DNA of 64,000 bases from Octopus bimaculoides (taxonomy: Eukaryota), in assembly GCF_001194135.2 (NCBI RefSeq), contig NC_068998.1:10645619-10709618 (forward strand). The letters run 5' to 3'. The notes under the pieces were generated by a model, which had not been told where the DNA came from, made no database searches, and saw only the letters and a list, made by a program, of their open reading frames with translations. The position numbers and the translations under genes were made by a program. Numbering within the stretch: the first letter of the stretch is position 1; every line of letters starts with the position of its first letter. Of this stretch, positions 1-11,023 are shown piece after piece.

Positions 1-333
1 TTTCGATAATTTTAATTGATTTTAATCGATTTAAATTTCCTTTCTATTTAAAAATTAGTTATGAAACATGTGTAGTCATTTTATTATCTTTATCTTATGA
101 TATTTACTTTGTTATATTTTATACTCATTCATTGTGCTATTAATTATTAATTTTTCTATATGTGATAGTGGATTTTCATCGATGAGTTCTTGAAACTTGG
201 TTATTTTCCCTAAAACTATATATTTTATATATATTTTAATCTATAAAGCTCAATTTAATTTTAATTTTTTATAAATTGATTTTAATTGAGTTTTTACCTG
301 TAATTTTGGATTTTGTCCCTAATACATATATAT

Positions 334-484
334 GACGGGCTTCTTTCAGTTTCCGTCTACCAAATCCACTCACAAGGCTTTGGTCGGCCCGAGGCTATAG
401 TAGAAGACACTTGCCCAAGGTGCCATGCAGTGGGACTGAACCCAGAACCATGTGGTTGGTAAGCAAGCTACTAACCACACAGCC
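334..484 (-). mobile_element. tRNA-derived SINE family A (CORE-like), 5' half
   Basis: The minus strand has A box TGGCTGTGTGG, B box GGTTCAGTCCC and CORE-like ACCTTGGGCAAGT. Closely matches the copies at 21364-21790 and 35970-36385. Confidence 0.9.
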
Positions 485-1416
485 ATAATATTAATAAAAA
501 AAATAACAACAAAAAGAAATAAACAATATTAACAATAATTTATAGAAATGATAGTTTTTCGAAAAACAATTTCAATATTATTATTGTATTCTTCAATACA
601 CCAATACTTGTGTGTACGTATGTGTATGGACATAACTAAGTATTTGATCAATTAATTTATTTTTCTTTGGTTAATTTTGTTATTGCTTATTTTTGTAATA
701 TTTCTTACATTTTTTATTGCTTTCTCTTTTCCATCTTTCTTTCGAGAAGAGGAAGATGGTGGAGTGGAGCTGCACAAGGGGAAAAAAGAACGAAGCCTAG
801 CCAGAAGTCGTTTGGGAGGGAGATTTTAAACATGATGATAGAGACGTATGGTTAATGTGCTGCTGGCTGTGTTGGTGATGGGGAAAACATGGCATGCTCA
901 TGACCCCTGTATCTCTTTGCAATGTTAGAGGCTGTCGCAATCATCTGAGAAAAGACCCCTTTATAGATGCAATATCTTAAAAAAAAAGACATCGAAGCTA
1001 GACAAAACAAAACTGCTCCCAGAAGCAACTGCAAGAATGGCAGGTGCGCATTTCAGCAATTTTGCAGTTTCTCAATGCTGCACACTTGTCTAGCTCTGAA
1101 ATATATTATGTGTTTTTAACACTATTTATAAAGCAAATTTTTTTCCCCGCCAAACAACCACTGCAGCTTCTGACATTTCGACTGTATACACATCTTAAAT
1201 ATGTCCTGTAGATAAAGATTTTAATCTTTAGCTGCTTCTACAGCATAATTTGTGTGTGTATATTTATATATGCATGCACACAAACATATGTACTCATATA
1301 TATATAAATACACACACACACACAAAATGTATATGTATATACATTTCTACACACATATTGTCTAAATGTTATGTATAAGCTATAAACAGATTGCTTGATT
1401 CAATTTCTTCCAAGAT

Positions 1417-2890
1417 TGCAGCAGAACTATGTGCCGACTGATGAACAAGGAGGAGGAAAAACGGTTCTCAAGGAAGCCAAACAGCACTACTGGAGTTTAC
1501 TGACAATATAGCTAGAAAATATGAAGATATTTGGCTGTTACCTCACTCATGGATATTTGGATCAGTGCACTTCAAAGTTTCAGCTGCTGAAGTTCAACAT
1601 GCTACTCACAGGTCGATGTTCTGGAGCTACATCCAGGTAATATCATTAATACTGGTCCCAATATTCTCATGGAATATAGAAATGGAGTTAGGTGAACATG
1701 GGTGTTCATATTTGGTAGTCAATTCAAAAACTAAAATTGTTGACCAGGCAAGGAATATAGATATCAATGGTAACAAGTGTTTTTTTGGAATCAATGCTAA
1801 ATACTGCAGGCATTGTTGCTTATGAATAAAACAAGAGCAACAAAAGAATACATCACTGACTTTGGAGGGCATGGAAGTCACAGCTAGTCTCATTCAATAA
1901 CATAATGCTTTTACAATACTAGTATGAATATTAACATTTGGCATACTAGACTGAAGAGATCTGCAGTTTGGGCATCAATACTGAAAAAGGGAGCCACATC
2001 ATATCCCTCAGACAACACCTAATGGATAGTAAAAGGGGAAAATGAATGTGTGTACAGAAAAACAAAACTGATAGCATCGTCAATAAGTGAAAACTCCTGG
2101 ATAAGCATTTTAAGTGTACATCTATTCCATGTTAATCATGGGCAACTGGACTAATCTACTCAAACTCAGTGGTGGTGGTGAGGATACTTAACATGCAACA
2201 GAAAGTTATGCATGAGTACATATCCTGTAAATACCAACATTAAGATGAAGAGTTATCTCTCTTGTACGTGTGATACGAAATGCCTGATCAACGAAAAGAG
2301 ATAAGGTTTCTTCTAACTAAACTTCAGGGAAAGAAGAAATGTGGAAGACATTGTCTATATCAGCAGCAGTTGCTCCCCAAAATTTCTGCAAAGTACCACT
2401 TTGCCATGAGACATGATGTTGTTGCCAAAACTTTAAAATGCTTATCTATATATATATAAAGAATTGTCCTAGGGGCATTAGCAAAGACGCACCAGAATCA
2501 TAATGTATCCACATTTTTAAAAATAGGGAATATTACTGAAGTATTCCAATGAAAACAGAAATCCAATGCAAATACAACAGGCCTCATATTGTTCTATGAA
2601 GCAGAACAAATGCCATACAATAATGCCGAGGTCAACTGACCGGCAGGTGTGAATGCCTCAAAATAATGGAAAGATTTTTTTAAATTAAAAAAAAATCACT
2701 GGTGAATTTTGTATTTGAGGTACAAATTTTCATTTGTATCTATTAAGATACATGCATTGAAATTATGTAACAAAATATTTACATAAAAGCTTGGAATGCT
2801 GGGGTATTCCAACAACAAAAATGGACCTGCATCTTCCAAATCCAATCAGTACAGTGAAGACATGCATATATATTCCTTCAAGAAACTCAA
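1417..2890 (+). mobile_element. Decayed RLE-type (R4/Dong-like) non-LTR retrotransposon, 3' part
   Basis: Frameshifted remnants in the expected order: a zinc-knuckle-like segment (NVEDIVYISSSC), RHDVVAKTL at about 2409, SIPMKTEIQCKYNRPHIVL at about 2545-2595 (NRPD-type restriction-like endonuclease motif) and a QIQSV..TVKTC C-terminus. Confidence 0.7.
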
Positions 2891-3713
2891 ATGCAAAATC
2901 AAAAGATTTTTTCTTTTCCTTTTGAGACTCCATAGAAGGACGATACGCACACCATCGCATGTACACGCAGGCACACATGAATAAAAAGCAAGTGCACAAT
3001 TTGTTACCAAAGAGACACATGTACAGCCATTACATGAGTCTAAGCACATTTATGCATAAACAAATACCTACATAAAACGGCCATACACATATACATGTAT
3101 GCACACATAAATGCATGCAGACATGTTCACATACCTCTCGTATTGTAATTAACCCAAACAAAGAAGCTAGGTGATTTTGTTAGCAACTAGCTTGAATTGT
3201 GTAAAAGAATTTAAAATTTCAAAAGAAAACATATATATATAAATATATTACATATACATACAAACATAATTATTTAAGTGTTTGTGTTTGGTCCCCTCAT
3301 TTGCATAAAAGCATATCTTGAATTTAGAAAAAAACTGTATGCTATTTCATTCTTTTATCATTTCACACTCATGTGAATGTTCCTGGAAGTATTCATGTAA
3401 GTTTTTTTTGGTGGGGAGCAGGAGGGGAAGGGCACTTTTTTTAATTTGTTTTTAAGCTGATCAAAAATATTTAATAAAAACTGGGGTCAGAATATAAAGG
3501 TCTTTTTTTTTTTTTTTTTTTTTTGTTTTTGTTTTAAGGGAAGGGATTCATTTTTGCCCTTCTTTTTAATGAAATTATCAATTTAGGTAATTTTGCACTT
3601 TTTCCCTTTAAATAACATTGATTGTAGCGTATTCCTTTATATTCTGGATACCTTCCATTCAGACATATCTTCATATATATCTCACACACAAACATGTACT
3701 GTCTTTTTCTTGC

Positions 3714-4967
3714 TCATATAGGTACAGGTTTAATCAAAACTGCCATTGTCCGGGCAACCTCAGGGTTGATTATATCAATTGTATGGGACATGTGGTTGCC
3801 ACGGGAACAAACAGTTGGTGTGGATTGTTCCACTTGGATGACTTCTTCATCATCATTATACACTATCAAGCTGGACATTACCCTTGCCTCGCCTTGGACA
3901 AGGGCAGACTCATGGCAAAAGATTTGTAATATCCATTGGTCAGCATTCTTCCGGTAAGTAATTTTCCAGTCACCTTCCTTGATTTCGGAAGGCACGGGGC
4001 CAACGTATGTTCGGACATCGACCTGAATGCCAAACCGGTGAGTATTGTGCATACGCACACTGTCCACCATCAGCTCCTTGTAGTCACGTGGTATGTAGAA
4101 TGGTTCGTTGAATGACACCTTCAGTTCTTTTTGTGCTGGACACAGCGAACGAAATCGGTATGCTTTGCTGATTAGGTGGTGCATCAAAGTCCTATATTCG
4201 GGCATTTTCGAGATCTCGGAGTTCTCAATGTCATACAGTTGTGAAACCAGCATTTGCGGAAAACGAATGAAGGACATCAACTTCTGTACGTTCTCTCCGT
4301 AACTATTTGGCTTTAAGGTTTCTTGGTGTTCCAGCCAATGTGTGAGAGCAAGGTACAACGTGTATTCGTTGGTGACAACTAAGCTAGAACTCTGCAACAG
4401 GTCAGTAACAAAATCATTGTCCATGGTCAACCATTCTGGAGACTTTATGATATTATCTGCATTCCATGCAATCGTCTTGGCACACTGTTCAATAAGGTCT
4501 TCCAAATGTAGGGCCTTTGCCCAAGAATACCAATTCAGCGCATTCTGAACCTTAGGAGATTTCGTGTTCTCTACCATATATTTGGTACAAAGATGCTTCA
4601 GTGATGCAACATTGTATTTATCTGCAAGACAAAGAACACCAACTGCAGATTCCGGATTAATTTTGATTTCAGCAGTGTAGAGATAGCGAAGAAACCTATT
4701 GAAGACAGCCTGGCATTCGGCAGACTCATTCAGGTCAATGCTTGCCGTGCTTTTCTCTTTCCACCGACTTTCATAAAGCATTGTGCGAAATACATCACTG
4801 GACTTGGCCAAGACAAACTTATGACCAAAATAGACTTTGTTGCCAACATTCAGTTTTATGTCACTGAGTGATTCCTGGTTATAAAATCGAGACACGTTGG
4901 ATATGAACGTACCTTCATCTTTCAGTATAAACTCTTGGCTACCAGGAGTCACGGGTCCTTCCATCAT
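3714..4967 (-). CDS. BTBD17-like: BTB/POZ-BACK domain protein (BTBD17-like), large terminal coding exon
   Basis: Uninterrupted 417-aa ORF in AT-rich DNA. BTB motifs LSDIKLNVGNKVYFGHKFVLAKSSDVFRTML and FNRFLRYLYT, BACK motifs VLCLADKYNV..LKHLC, LVVTNEYTLYLALTHW and IRFPQM. The ATG is directly preceded by a splice acceptor (minus strand TCATTTATTCCAG|ATGATG, AG at 4969-4968). Orthology to BTBD17 is by recalled resemblance only. Confidence 0.95.
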   Translation of the reverse strand: MMEGPVTPGSQEFILKDEGTFISNVSRFYNQESLSDIKLNVGNKVYFGHKFVLAKSSDVFRTMLYESRWKEKSTASIDLNESAECQAVFNRFLRYLYTAEIKINPESAVGVLCLADKYNVASLKHLCTKYMVENTKSPKVQNALNWYSWAKALHLEDLIEQCAKTIAWNADNIIKSPEWLTMDNDFVTDLLQSSSLVVTNEYTLYLALTHWLEHQETLKPNSYGENVQKLMSFIRFPQMLVSQLYDIENSEISKMPEYRTLMHHLISKAYRFRSLCPAQKELKVSFNEPFYIPRDYKELMVDSVRMHNTHRFGIQVDVRTYVGPVPSEIKEGDWKITYRKNADQWILQIFCHESALVQGEARVMSSLIVYNDDEEVIQVEQSTPTVCSRGNHMSHTIDIINPEVARTMAVLIKPVPI

Positions 4968-5157
4968 CTGGAATAAATGATAAAAATCATGTCAGTGTTT
5001 ATAGAATAAAATAATAAATTATTTATATATACATATATATAAAGCTTAGTCTAAATATCTTGATCATTCATTTAATAAATATTAACTCAATTAGCAGAAA
5101 AACTCAAAAATAAAAATATAAATATAAATATACAAATGTATGAAAAATAAACATCTC

Positions 5158-5194
<37 letters not shown>

Positions 5195-5246
5195 GGGGAG
5201 AACCTTGAGTGACTAGGTTCAAAAAGTTTATAAGGTCAGTTTTTAA

Positions 5247-5451
5247 CCCTTAGCATTTAAACTTATATCCAGTTCAAACATTCTACCTGTTTTATGTTCA
5301 AACTGGCCTCTCACACCTAACCCACAATGTCATTCTAAAAAAAAAAATCACAACCTCAAAATCTTGAAGTTCTGAGATTAAGCATGATTAATTTAAAACA
5401 ATGTGAATAAATAAACATTACATTTGACAGAGTAATCTGAATGCAGAAGGG
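5247..5451. mobile_element. piggyBac-type MITE
   Basis: TTAA|CCCTTAGCATTTAAA ... TGAATGCAGAAGGG terminal inverted repeats. A homologous copy is at 35115-35323. Confidence 0.65.
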
Positions 5452-5489
5452 AAAATAGAAACATGACATTGTGGTCTTGAACAACTTAC

Positions 5490-5504
5490 TTCATCTCACC
5501 TCAC
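5490..5504 (-). other. Candidate recursive splice site or 15-nt micro-exon in the BTB gene intron
   Basis: Minus strand CTTTTATTTTTTTCCTATTTAAG|GTGAGGTGAGATGAA|GTAAGT. The acceptor is followed at once by a donor-like GTGAG, with a consensus GTAAGT 15 nt later. Stops in all three frames. Confidence 0.35.
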
Positions 5505-5773
5505 CTTAAATAGGAAAAAAATAAAAGATACTTGTCTTGCTTCCTGAAAGAGTAAATCATTCAATACAGAACATTGTTTCCTCATCACTCACACAGACAG
5601 ACATTGGTTTACATAAATACTGGTTAGGCATAGCACATATGGTTGGTAATCATATGAAAGATAACTTTATTCTCTTTCATATAAAATCAATGGCATAACC
5701 AAGAAGCTAGGAATTATAGTCAGATTTAGATTTAGATGCAAGTAAGCTTTAAAGATATTTAAATGATTTAGAT

Positions 5774-5959
5774 TAGAACAAGTGTAAAGATATATTTTTT
5801 TCAACATGTAAATACTAAACAGTATATATAAAGGTTAAAATCCAGTTAAGAGCAGAAAAATTTGCTGGCAAAATTTTTCTGCTCTTAAAAGGATTCTATC
5901 CTTTATATATTCTGTTCAGTATTTATGTTTTGAAAAAATATATCTTTCTACTTGTTCTA
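5774..5959. repeat. About 186-bp foldback inverted repeat
   Basis: Arms of about 90 bp pair imperfectly (roughly 80-85% by eye) around a 4-6 nt loop near 5866 (AAGAGCAGAAAAATTT gctggc aAAATTTTTCTGCTCTT). Confidence 0.9.
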
Positions 5960-6886
5960 GAATACATTTCAACGCTTCAAAAACAAACTTATGTTTGTTT
6001 ACATATGACGTGATTTAGATTAGGTTTTATTGTGTGAGCATGCATGTGTATGCATATGAACTTGGTTGTGTATGTATGTATGTTCTTGTGTACTTTGAGA
6101 CTGGAAGAAGGTAAATGGAAAAAGGGTGTATCTAAGAACACTCCAACAAGAGCTCAAATGCACAAATACCATTGGACAAGCATGAAAAGAACAGCAGCAG
6201 ATCAATCACAGAGACTTGGAACCTTATGCATCTCAGAATATGCAAGGACCTAAATGTATGGGTGTATATATACACACACGTGCATACACTCATATATATA
6301 TATATATATTAAATTCAAATTACAATAAACGTAAACAAACAAACGAAGTTCGCTTTTAGAAGCGTTGAGATGTCTTAGAAATTTGAAGAAGTGGTTTTAA
6401 ATTCTCAATCGCAGGATAATGCTAATAATATAGCCTGAACAGGATAAACTACCTCTATTTTGCAGAAAAAAGTGTATATATATATATATGAGTGTATGCA
6501 TGTGTACCTGAGTCCAGTGATACTAAATACAGTTATTAAAATAGAGTATGATTCTGTATACATATATTTATTCACAATTAAAGTGTATCAGTAATCTAGA
6601 TATATATGTTTATAATGAAGAAAAACACGAGAGGAATGAGTTCAGCCAAAATATTATTATTATAATGCTTGAAAGGAGGGGAGAGAGTCATAGTAATAGT
6701 TATTTCCTTTTTTTCCACTTGAAAAAAAAAAACAAAATAAAAATTAATTTGCTTTGAAGAAAAAAGCTTAATATTAAACTTCAAAATATATGAGAGAGAG
6801 AGAAAAATAAGCAGACAAAATATTCAACAAAAAAACAAAATAAACATACAAATTTTAAAGACGTGTGTATATTGAGTGGACCTCAC

Positions 6887-6913
6887 CTTAAAGTACTAAT
6901 GAGTTCACTTCAC
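6887..6913 (-). other. Candidate 27-nt non-coding or poison micro-exon in the BTB gene intron
   Basis: Minus strand GCTTTCTGTTTCTACAG|GTGAAGTGAACTCATTAGTACTTTAAG|GTGAGG. Strong acceptor and donor, with stops in all three frames. Confidence 0.45.
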
Positions 6914-7194
6914 CTGTAGAAACAGAAAGCATACTATTGAATTGGTAACTAGATGAATTCTGAAATATTAGTACCAGATTTGACTTCGTTTCAGAGGTTA
7001 CTGATAGCATGCCTACGATCTCATGCAATTTCACAAACAATCATGGTCATTGTAATTAACCGTTGGTGAGAATTCAGCATGCAGGCTTTCATCTTAAATG
7101 TGATTTAAGCGATATTAAGTTTTGGAATAATAAAAAAATATAAAGGCAAACACTGTATGGGTGTGTCTATAAGAAATATATATATATATATATA

Positions 7195-7560
7195 TATTAC
7201 TTGTTTCAGTCATTAGACTGTGGTCATGCTAGGGCATCTCCTTGAGGAATTTTAATTGAACTAATTGACTCCAATATTCATTTTCTTTTTAAGCAGGGGT
7301 ACTTATTGCTGAACTACAAAGTTATGGGGCTATAATCACACCAACACTGGTTATCAAGGGGTGCAGTGGGGTGACAAACACACACACATACAATGGGCTT
7401 TTTTCAGTCAGCTACCATCAACCAAATCCACTCACAAAGTTTTGATCAGCCTGAGCCTAGAGTAAAAGACACTTACTTACCCAAGGTGCCACACAGTAGG
7501 AGTGAACCTGGAACCCTGTGGTTGGGAAGCAAACTTCTTACCACACACCTATGCCTCTGC
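7195..7560 (-). mobile_element. SINE family A, diverged full-length copy
   Basis: Head, internal and tail modules are homologous to 35970-36385, in reverse orientation. Confidence 0.8.
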
Positions 7561-8894
7561 CTATGTTTATATACATGAGCACAGGTGTGGGTGTACGGTA
7601 AGAAGTTTGCTTTGGCTTCAGAAAGGACACCCAGCTGTAGAAACCACGCCAAATCAGATTGGAACCTAGTGCAGCTCCCCAGTCAAACCATCCAACCCAT
7701 GCCAGCATGGAAAGCAGATGCTATGATTTTATATATACATATAATTAATAATGAGAGAATAGAAAGGTAATTAATAAATTATTATTTATTAATTAAAAAA
7801 TTGACAAACATTCCTTACAACTGTTTCAATTCAGGCTGTCAGAAAATTAATTAAATTAAAAAGTATTTGAAAGTGGAATCTCTTCAGAGGAAGATAAAGG
7901 TACACAAAGTAGGTGTTCAGTTTCCTCATGTTGAGTAAATGGCTGCAAATCGTTAACTTTCAAATAATTTTTAATTTATTTAATTTTCTGAGAGCTGCAC
8001 CAGGCTCCAACTTGATCTGGCAATGTTTCTACAGCTGGATGCCCTTCCTAATGCCAACCACTCAGAGTGTAGTGGGTGCTTTTTTCATGCCACCGGAACA
8101 GAAGCCAGTCAGGCGGGCCTGGCATTGAGCACATTTGGATAGGGTTTTTTACGTGCCACCAGCACACACACACATAGTTTTTGAGACCCGTGAGATTGAC
8201 ATGGTTATCATTGCACCTGCCTGAACATGTGCAAGAATGGAATTCCAGAGGGACAATGTAGTGAGGAGAAAGGGCTAATGTGCCTATTTGTTAAAAAAAT
8301 GTAGAGAAAAGAAACAGCACGTCTGTGGATCAAAGTTTGGAGTGTATTGAAGAAGATTTGGTTACTCTATCTAGCAGGCTGTGTGACCTGGTAGAGGCTT
8401 CTTCACTGTAGAAGTAAAATTTTATAGGTTATTAGCCTATATTAATTGCTTTCATTGCTTGCTACATTAGAAATATGTTTTTAAATATACCTGTACCGGT
8501 TAAATAATGTGACAACAGATGGTACATATGATAGCCTAATTTCCAACTGACTCATACATTTCGTGTTTTTCATTATCGCAGTGTTGATGTACTAAATACC
8601 AGTCAAGCACTGAAATCGATTTAACAAACTATTAACTCCACCAAGAGAGTGTAGTTTTGTGCCAGTGTTGTTAATCAATATATTACAGTTATCTTTGCAA
8701 TATGTTCTCTCAGCAAAGCAAATTGTAATTGTTGAAATGAAAAAAAACCTCTACATTATTGCACAGGAATGATAATTGTAATTGTATTTAGATGCACAAT
8801 CATGTTTTTGAAGTACCAAGTCAGTGGTTCAAATTCCTGTAATGACACTTGTAAATACTTAACTCCCATTAGTTCAATACACCATGTTCAAAAA

Positions 8895-9173
8895 TTGTAT
8901 GACACCTTGGGCAAGTGTCTTCTACTATAGTCTCAGGTCGACCAAAGCCTTGTGAGTGGATTTGGTAGATCGAAACTGAAAGATGCCTGCTGTGTGTGTG
9001 TGTGTCTTTGTTGTCCTCCTACCACTGCTTGACAACCAGTGCTGATGTGTTTGGATTCCTGTAACATAGCAGTTCAGCAAAAGATGCTCGATAGAATAAG
9101 TACTGGGGTCAATACATTCAACTAAGAATTCTTCAAGGTAGTGCCGCAGCATGGCCATAGTCTAATGAGTGAA

Positions 9174-9207
<34 letters not shown>

Positions 9208-9410
9208 CTGTCCCTCACCACCACCTGGCAATCAGTGTTGGTGTATTTACATCTCCGTAACTTAGCGGTTTGGCAAAAGAGAATGACAGAATAAATATCA
9301 GGCTTAACAAGAAATTAAATACTGGGGTTGATTTGCTTGACAAAAATATTCCTCAAGGCAGTGCCCCAGCATGGCCACAGATTAATGACTGAAACAAGTA
9401 AAAAATAAAA
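8895..9410 (+). mobile_element. SINE family A copy with duplicated tail module
   Basis: Contains ACCTTGGGCAAGTGTCTTCTACTATAG, and the tail module (..CCAGCATGGCCACAG..TGACTGAAAC) appears twice, separated by (TG)n. Confidence 0.8.
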
Positions 9411-10247
9411 GATAAATGTTAAGTGCAACAGACTAACAGTCTACTAGAAATAATAACTCAAATCTCCCTCAAATCACACGAAACCATTTTAGAAAATGAC
9501 ACACCAAATGTGACTCCAAGTTCCCTTCATATCAAAAAAAGCTGGGATGGCCATGGATGGATTGCCTTTGATTATGTCTGTTCAATTAAGCCTGACCTGG
9601 GTCCAAACAACATTAATGACAGACACCACAAAACTATGAACCAATGAGAGAAATAGTAGTTAAATCCCTCTCCCAAATCACATCCTTTCATTTATGAATG
9701 AAAGAACACATTGAAAATACATAAACAGGATGGTCATCCTTGGAACGCTTTTGACTATAGATTTAATACTGGCTAAAATTCAACAACCATGTATCCAGAT
9801 CTAAGCACCCAATAGGAGTCTTAACAAAAGCAATAACATCTACTAATCAATACACTATTTTTAAACCCCTGCCACGATTTTCCTGTACGAACCTGTATAC
9901 TATGTCAGTGTTATTGGAGAAACATTGAACATCTCATTAAAAATGAAGACAAGGCATTTATTTGTTGCAGTGGAAACAAAAACTGAAAATAGAATTTAAC
10001 CAAATGATAGAGAAATATATGTATAAATACAAAAAATAGCAACATAACCAACAGAACAAATACAAGCAACAAAGCTAAATTAATGTAGCATAGAAAAGCA
10101 ACTCAAAAGAAATGCATTTGCATATTATATCTAATTTGTTCTACTTTGTTGTCACAATAGCAATGCCTCAGGAACACAGATGTGCACCTGCCAATGCAGG
10201 AGAGACTGGCGAGAAACTGTTGAATATGTGTCAATGATAATAATAAT

Positions 10248-10528
10248 AAGAGCACTCAGAGAGCGCAAACCTCCGCCAAGGCAACACCAACATCCTCTCA
10301 ACGGTTAGCCGGAGATGAGTTTTAAAATGAGAATTTCTGAAATATACTTGACTGCTCTCACAAACGAGAATACTAAAAACCCAGCCCCTTTCATAAGTTA
10401 AGTAAAAAAAACAAGAAAAATAATCCAGAATCCTTGTCCAGTACCGGATCGATCCCAAAATCTTGTCCACAGACAAACAAACAAACATGACTGGAAACAA
10501 TACCTCCACCTTCGCTAAGGCGAAGGTA
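10248..10528 (-). mobile_element. Helentron-associated interspersed element (HINE/DINE-1-like)
   Basis: On the minus strand: 5' TTATTACCTTCGCC..AGGCGGAGG subterminal hairpin, then 3' GGCGGAGGT followed by the GCGCTCTCTGAGTGC stem-loop, in TT-rich flanks. Homologues at 30574-30929 and 33617-33962. Confidence 0.7.
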
Positions 10529-11023
10529 ATAATTTTTGGAAGAACTTTGTGGGAGGTTGTAGAGTTAATCAATTAAATTGAACCCAAGTACTTAACTGGC
10601 ACAATATTTATTGAACCCAGAAAGAAAGAAATTTTGGCAGAAAGGGATCAGTCAAAAATGAAACAATTAGTTATATAACGCCAATACTTCACTGTAAAAT
10701 ACTTTATCTTAACTACAGAAGGATGAGAAGCTAAGTTGACTTTAACAGAATTTGAACTCAGAATGTAAAGGGCTGTAACTAAATACTATGAAGCATTTTG
10801 TCCAATGCTCTAATGAATCTTGCAATCTAACATCAATGATAATTCTTTCGAATTTTTGGCACAGAGCCAACAATTTTGAGAAGGAGGGGTTGATTATATC
10901 AACCCCAGTGCTCAACTGGTGCTTGTTTTATCAACTCTGGAGGGGTGAAAAGCAAAGTTGACAATACTGCTAAACAGTTTGTTCAGTGCAGTAATGATCC
11001 TACCAGCCTTACCACCAATAATA

